Shown: positions 59,983 to 64,000 of the stretch, piece after piece
Position numbering within the stretch: the stretch's first letter is position 1
Layout of the letters: each line of letters opens with the position of its first letter
Source of the DNA: Gammaproteobacteria bacterium
GTDB taxonomy: Bacteria; Pseudomonadota; Gammaproteobacteria; Eutrophobiales; Eutrophobiaceae
Reading direction: 5' to 3'
DNA length: 64,000 nt
Assembly (NCBI GenBank): GCA_965222155.1
Contig: CBDCTH010000010.1
Span: forward strand, 32,001-96,000
The notes under the pieces: model-generated
Database searches by the model: none
Told to the model about the DNA's origin: nothing
Seen by the model: only the letters and a program-made list of their open reading frames with translations
Position numbers and translations under genes: made by a program

Positions 59983-60627
59983 TCAATCGGGCAACTCAAG
60001 CGACCTCAGGTAGCGCCAGGTCTTGTTGCCGGCAGGTTGACGCCGTAAAGCAAGCAGGTCGTCAGGACGATCAATATCCCGGACCAGTCCGGCAGGTCTG
60101 GCAATATTGACGGGGACCCGACGTTGTTCCGCTTCTCTGCGGAATTTCTCAAAGCTATTCTCGCCGTACATCAACCCGATGGCAAGAGGCGGCGTGAATA
60201 CTATAGCGTTGGTGCCGCCGTCGCTGCCGGCGGGACACAAAGTGACGCCCTCCTTGTGAACCTGGTCCAGGTAGCTTAAATCCGTGTGTTCAAGTTCGGG
60301 TACGTCGGCAGGGATGATGAGCGCCTTGTCCAGGACCTTATTGCTGGTGGCTTCGACACCTTTCAGTACATCAGAGGCATAGCCGTGATCGACCCCGGTG
60401 TTCAATACGTCCGCGTGGTGGTCTTGCGCCAGTGAGATGACGGCTTCGTCGCAACTGATGACCGTGACGCCACTAATCACGACGGTTTCATCCAGGGTGT
60501 TGAGGATATCATCCAGCATGCACATACTGAGTTGCCGGCGTTGCGCCTGCGATAACGCGCCGGCAAGGCGCAACTTGGTATGCTCCAACCGTTTCACAGG
60601 GAGTAGCGCCCACATGTTAAGATTCAT
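59983..60627 (-). CDS. cofC: 2-phospho-L-lactate/PEP guanylyltransferase (F420 biosynthesis)
   Basis: LLPVK..KLRL, MLDDIL, IPADVP, DGGTNA, YGENSF, DIDRPDDL. Confidence 0.88.
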   Translation of the reverse strand: MNLNMWALLPVKRLEHTKLRLAGALSQAQRRQLSMCMLDDILNTLDETVVISGVTVISCDEAVISLAQDHHADVLNTGVDHGYASDVLKGVEATSNKVLDKALIIPADVPELEHTDLSYLDQVHKEGVTLCPAGSDGGTNAIVFTPPLAIGLMYGENSFEKFRREAEQRRVPVNIARPAGLVRDIDRPDDLLALRRQPAGNKTWRYLRSLELPD

Positions 60628-60743
60628 CCGCAGATGAAACGAAAGTTTTTAACATAAATTACTGAAGATATCAGATTGTAACTTCTGTATTTTATGAAAC
60701 ATTATATTTACCTGCGGTAATCTGCGTAATCTGCGGATAACCT

Positions 60744-61421
60744 TTACGCGGATGAAGAAGTCTTTTCAATCCCGGTAATGCGGATACCGGAATGGCTGGT
60801 CTTGTAGGTCTTGTTGATATGGATAAGCAGGCTGGTCAGGGCTTCTGCGGCCGCGGCATTGGCCAGTTTTCCCGCGTTGACGGCGCGGCAACCACTGTCC
60901 TCCACCAGTTGCATCACTTCCTTGCGGGTTTGCAGGTCGTCACCGGTCACCAGGATGTCGCAGTCGATCTCCACGTCCTGCTCCAGCAGGTTGGCGGCTA
61001 CGTTGTGATACGCCGCCGTCACCCGCGCCCTGTCTCCCAGGGTGTTGCGAGTGATAACCGCGGCGCTCCCTTCTTCCGGTAGCTGGACTACGGCTACTTT
61101 CGGCGGTATGAGCGGTACGGTGGTATCAATCAGGATCTGCCCCGACAGGCCCGGCTTGATGCTCTCCAGAGTCGCTTCATGAGCGGCGAAAGGGACGGTC
61201 AGGACAACGACTTCCACCTGTTTTGTCGCAGTGAGATTGTCAGCGCCTGTAATCCCCTCTGCGCCGGGTTTCCGGTTGAGTTCAGCCGCCGCCTTGTGTG
61301 CTTTCTCCGCAACCCGGGAGCCGATGACCACCTCGTGACCCGCCCTGGCCCAGCGCCAGGCCAACCCATAGCCGAGATTACCGGTCCCGCCCAGAACCGC
61401 TATTTTCTTTTTATTGATCAT
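60744..61421 (-). CDS. npdG: NADPH-dependent F420 reductase (Fno)
   Basis: LGGTGNLGYGLAWRW, IGSR, LTVPF, DTTVPL, EGSAA, AYHNVAA, LIHINKTY..GIRITG. Confidence 0.9.
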   Translation of the reverse strand: MINKKKIAVLGGTGNLGYGLAWRWARAGHEVVIGSRVAEKAHKAAAELNRKPGAEGITGADNLTATKQVEVVVLTVPFAAHEATLESIKPGLSGQILIDTTVPLIPPKVAVVQLPEEGSAAVITRNTLGDRARVTAAYHNVAANLLEQDVEIDCDILVTGDDLQTRKEVMQLVEDSGCRAVNAGKLANAAAAEALTSLLIHINKTYKTSHSGIRITGIEKTSSSA

Positions 61422-61489
61422 GAGCGTTTATGTTGAGAAAAGGGGACGGATTTATTTTCCTGGTTATAATACAATTATCCCGGTTGAAT

Positions 61490-61563
61490 TGGGGGCTCGT
61501 CTAATGGTAGGACAGCGGACTCTGACTCCGCCAGTAGAGGTTCGAATCCTCTGCCCCCAGCCA
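61490..61563 (+). tRNA. tRNA-Gln (anticodon CTG)
   Basis: 74-nt cloverleaf: TGGGGGC/GCCCCCA acceptor, GCGGA-CTCTGAC-TCCGC anticodon arm, GGTTCGAATCC, encoded CCA. Confidence 0.95.
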
Positions 61564-61576
61564 GTTTCCCGTCCTG

Positions 61577-62059
61577 CTACAGGTTTTCCAGGATGTTCTC
61601 GGCTGAACTGACCTTGAACTCCATAGGCGCTTCGACATAGATCTGGGTAATCGTACTGTCTTCCACTACCAGGGCAAAACGCTGGCCCCGGGTGCCCAGG
61701 CCGAACCCGGAGGCATCCAGTTCCAGGCCCAGGGCCGCGGCATAAGTACCGTTACCATCGGCCAGCATCAATACCTTGTCACCGGCGCCGGCGCTGTTGC
61801 CCCAGGCATCCATGACAAACATGTCATTAACCGCCATGCAGGCGATGGTATCCACCCCTTTTGCCTTGATGGCGTCAGCCTGGTCAACAAAACCAGGCAG
61901 GTGTTCTTTTGAACAGGTGGGGGTAAACGCACCGGGTACCGAAAATACGACGACTTTCTTGCCGCTGAACAACTCCTCGGTACTCAATGAGCCTGGCCCA
62001 TCTGCATTCATTATATGAAATCGCCCTGCTGGGGCTTTATCTCCGACTTGTACTGTCAC
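61577..62059 (-). CDS. Peroxiredoxin, Prx5 subfamily
   Basis: VPGAFTPTCSKEHLPGF, VNDMFVMDAW, LADGNG. Confidence 0.92.
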   Translation of the reverse strand: MTVQVGDKAPAGRFHIMNADGPGSLSTEELFSGKKVVVFSVPGAFTPTCSKEHLPGFVDQADAIKAKGVDTIACMAVNDMFVMDAWGNSAGAGDKVLMLADGNGTYAAALGLELDASGFGLGTRGQRFALVVEDSTITQIYVEAPMEFKVSSAENILENL

Positions 62060-62172
62060 TGTAACCTCTCATTTAGGTTGTTGGCTGTAATGAGAGGAAT
62101 TATATCAGGGAATCGCATACTTTTATAGCGACAGTATTTTCCAATATGAAATGAGCCTGAAGGAGGGGCTGC

Positions 62173-62423
62173 GACCCTGAAAATCCTATTTCAGGCTGCT
62201 ATACCTGGCGCTGACAACAAGGCTGCCTGCTGTACCGCACTGTCAGCAATCTTACGCTCAATGTCACGCACTACCCGACTGAGGTACGTGCGTCACCGTC
62301 TCACCCGGCGCCGCATCCGCCGATACTGCCGGGCATGACCGTAACGGTTGGCCTGTTGCAAGGCCTGCCTGACCCCGCTGCCGATACCCTCAATGGTAGC
62401 CTGAAAGGGGGGTTTTCAAGATC
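62173..62423. mobile_element. Possible MITE/IS remnant with imperfect TIRs
   Basis: gaccctgaaaatcctatttcaggctgc vs reverse complement of the right end gatcttgaaaacccccctttcaggctac. Confidence 0.35.
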
Positions 62424-62425
62424 GA

Positions 62426-62977
62426 CTAAGGAAGTTTTCCTTTCAGTGTCTTTACAGGGTCTTGTCCCTGTATGGGGGTGGTCACAGCCAAGTAATAATC
62501 AGAAGCAGAGACTTTGCCTTTGTCAGTGGGTGTCTCATTGCTGGGAACCTTCTTAATCGGTATAGCCTTGTAGATGGTTTCATCTCCCTCTACCTTCTCC
62601 CAAGCAAACAGGACTTGTCCCGGGGACTGCCCGGCAACCTTGTCTTCCAGGTCCGCATCTTTGATATCCTGCCCCTCATAGAGATAAACCCCGACATCTC
62701 CTTCTGCTAACTCTGGAAGCAGCAAGGCAAACGTCCACTTCAGTTGTGTAAGAAAATCGATCTCCTCCAGCTCATAGACTTGTTCCGCAGCTTCCAACCA
62801 CATGTTGTCCCCTTCCAGGTAAAAGACTTGTCCCGGTTCCAGTGACCGGTTCGAATCAGATTGGTTTTCCGCCTGAACAGGTATTGTCCGACCCACCGAG
62901 ATTATTGTCAGCCAAACCAATATCCCCGCCGCGACTCGATTTCCCCTGAGGCATCTAATCGACGTAACTCTATTCAT
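62426..62977 (-). CDS. Hypothetical exported protein, possibly 3'-truncated
   Basis: Hydrophobic segment ending VQA; stop lies 3 nt from the putative element end. Confidence 0.45.
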   Translation of the reverse strand: MNRVTSIRCLRGNRVAAGILVWLTIISVGRTIPVQAENQSDSNRSLEPGQVFYLEGDNMWLEAAEQVYELEEIDFLTQLKWTFALLLPELAEGDVGVYLYEGQDIKDADLEDKVAGQSPGQVLFAWEKVEGDETIYKAIPIKKVPSNETPTDKGKVSASDYYLAVTTPIQGQDPVKTLKGKLP

Positions 62978-62988
62978 GCTAACACATC

Positions 62989-63405
62989 TCAACCTAGAGC
63001 ACTCTTGACGATAGTGAACGCCAGAGCGGGTACCAACATTCCGATGAAGAACAGTCGTAGCGGACCACCGTGTTTAATTCTACATGCAATCTGTACTGCT
63101 ACGATAACAGGTAATAATAGGACAAGAATGATCTTCACATTCACAGACACAAAGTCGAGCCGATCGACCGCTGCCTGGTCTAGATATTGAGTCACTCCCA
63201 CCAAGATGAAGATAACTATCCCCAACCAGGCATTTACAAGGCGTCCAAGCCAGTGCAGGCGCGGTGGGCCTTTACCCAGATAAACTTCCACTATGCTTTC
63301 GACAACCCCGGCAAGCAGTTTCGTAATGCTGCCGTTATCACCGGCTATAGAATCGCCTCCCTCTTTGGGGCGTTCAGTTGAGTTTCTATCAGAATCCAGC
63401 ATCAT
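62989..63405 (-). CDS. Hypothetical membrane protein (3 TM)
   Basis: 138 aa with three hydrophobic stretches. Confidence 0.5.
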   Translation of the reverse strand: MMLDSDRNSTERPKEGGDSIAGDNGSITKLLAGVVESIVEVYLGKGPPRLHWLGRLVNAWLGIVIFILVGVTQYLDQAAVDRLDFVSVNVKIILVLLLPVIVAVQIACRIKHGGPLRLFFIGMLVPALAFTIVKSALG

Positions 63406-63479
63406 TCAAGTTCTCTAATAACGAGAAGCATAGCAGCTTTTCCCGTAACTTCTCAATAACCAGTATTTTCCAACAGCAG

Positions 63480-63620
63480 TTCCCGCTAACTCAGGGACCG
63501 AGGGCATCCTGCCCTCGTGGAGGGCGAGACGCCCTCCCTCCCAGGGAAACATGCCCCTTTATGGTCAGAGTATGCCAGAATCCGGTAATAATCACTGTAT
63601 TGACCTCGATTTAGCGGGAA
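63480..63620. mobile_element. MITE-like family A, complete copy with TIRs TTCCCGCTAA/TTAGCGGGAA
   Basis: 10-bp terminal inverted repeats; left part shared with 54484/59519, right part shared with 1-45 and 15005-15035. Confidence 0.7.
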
Positions 63621-64000
63621 TGGCTGTGCATAAGGCATCTTGCGCACCCCGCGAGCTGAAGGCGCCGGGTTATTCAGAGGTGACGGCGATACCATTTACC
63701 ATTCATTTCCCGGAACGAGGGCATCTTGCCCTCGTTCCCAGGAAAATGCACGAGCTTATTGAGAAGTTACGAAACAAACAAATATTTCACGTAAACTTCT
63801 CAGTATTCGAGGTGTTCTGAAAAGGCTGTAGAAAATTGAAAAACCTAATTATTAATTCATGCAGTTACAAGTAATTCCCGGTTGACGGCAGACGTTGAAA
63901 ATCAGCGGGAGCATCTGCCCTGGACAGCCGATAGAGTGACAATCATGAATACTTTATGGTTTAATCATCCAGAAATACGAGTAACTTCGATGACAACCTC

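Noticed and set aside
61490-61563. tRNA-Gln as island attachment site
   Set aside because: No integrase and no duplicated tRNA 3' end were noticed; housekeeping-type genes flank both sides.
62150-62410. Neisseriaceae-like DNA uptake sequences (GCCTGAAA)
   Set aside because: Only a few local occurrences, better explained as element ends; not dispersed through the window.

Overview
Bacterial chromosomal window, most consistent with a marine gammaproteobacterium. A host-associated lifestyle is possible but only inferred, from an FN3/cadherin autotransporter, many non-autonomous repeats and many eroded genes. Layout: hicAB and an orphan napGH (0.1-2.1 kb). Then an ~11 kb defence island bracketed by two copies of a palindromic element (2.36-13.6 kb). 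The island holds a TA pair and a type I R-M operon whose HsdM is fused to an XRE HTH and appears leaderless. Between hsdS and hsdR sit three cargo genes: a membrane Zn-ribbon protein, a DUF3800 protein and an AlbA_2/Schlafen ATPase-like protein. Three copies of a ~70-nt structured motif lie downstream of DUF3800 sequences; this is the best candidate for an undescribed protein+RNA system. Next come an SAH riboswitch separated from metH by a MITE, a CoxM/CoxS/CoxG-CoxL-fusion molybdenum hydroxylase, an LLM oxidoreductase and HTHP. These are followed by a Mo-bisPGD oxidoreductase, tpm, an SSS transporter, a hydantoinase/DUF917/TonB-receptor/racemase operon with a MalT-like regulator, bkdR-bkdA1A2B and gloB. 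The right part has a tandem pair of heptad-repeat PD-(D/E)XK genes amid TA remnants, a frameshifted FN3 autotransporter with a G21 tract, and an IorA-IorB fusion whose linker contains a REP palindrome. It ends with a cyclase, cofC, npdG, tRNA-Gln(CTG) and a peroxiredoxin. No CRISPR array, integrase or transposase was seen. All family calls come from motif recognition by eye, not from database searches.
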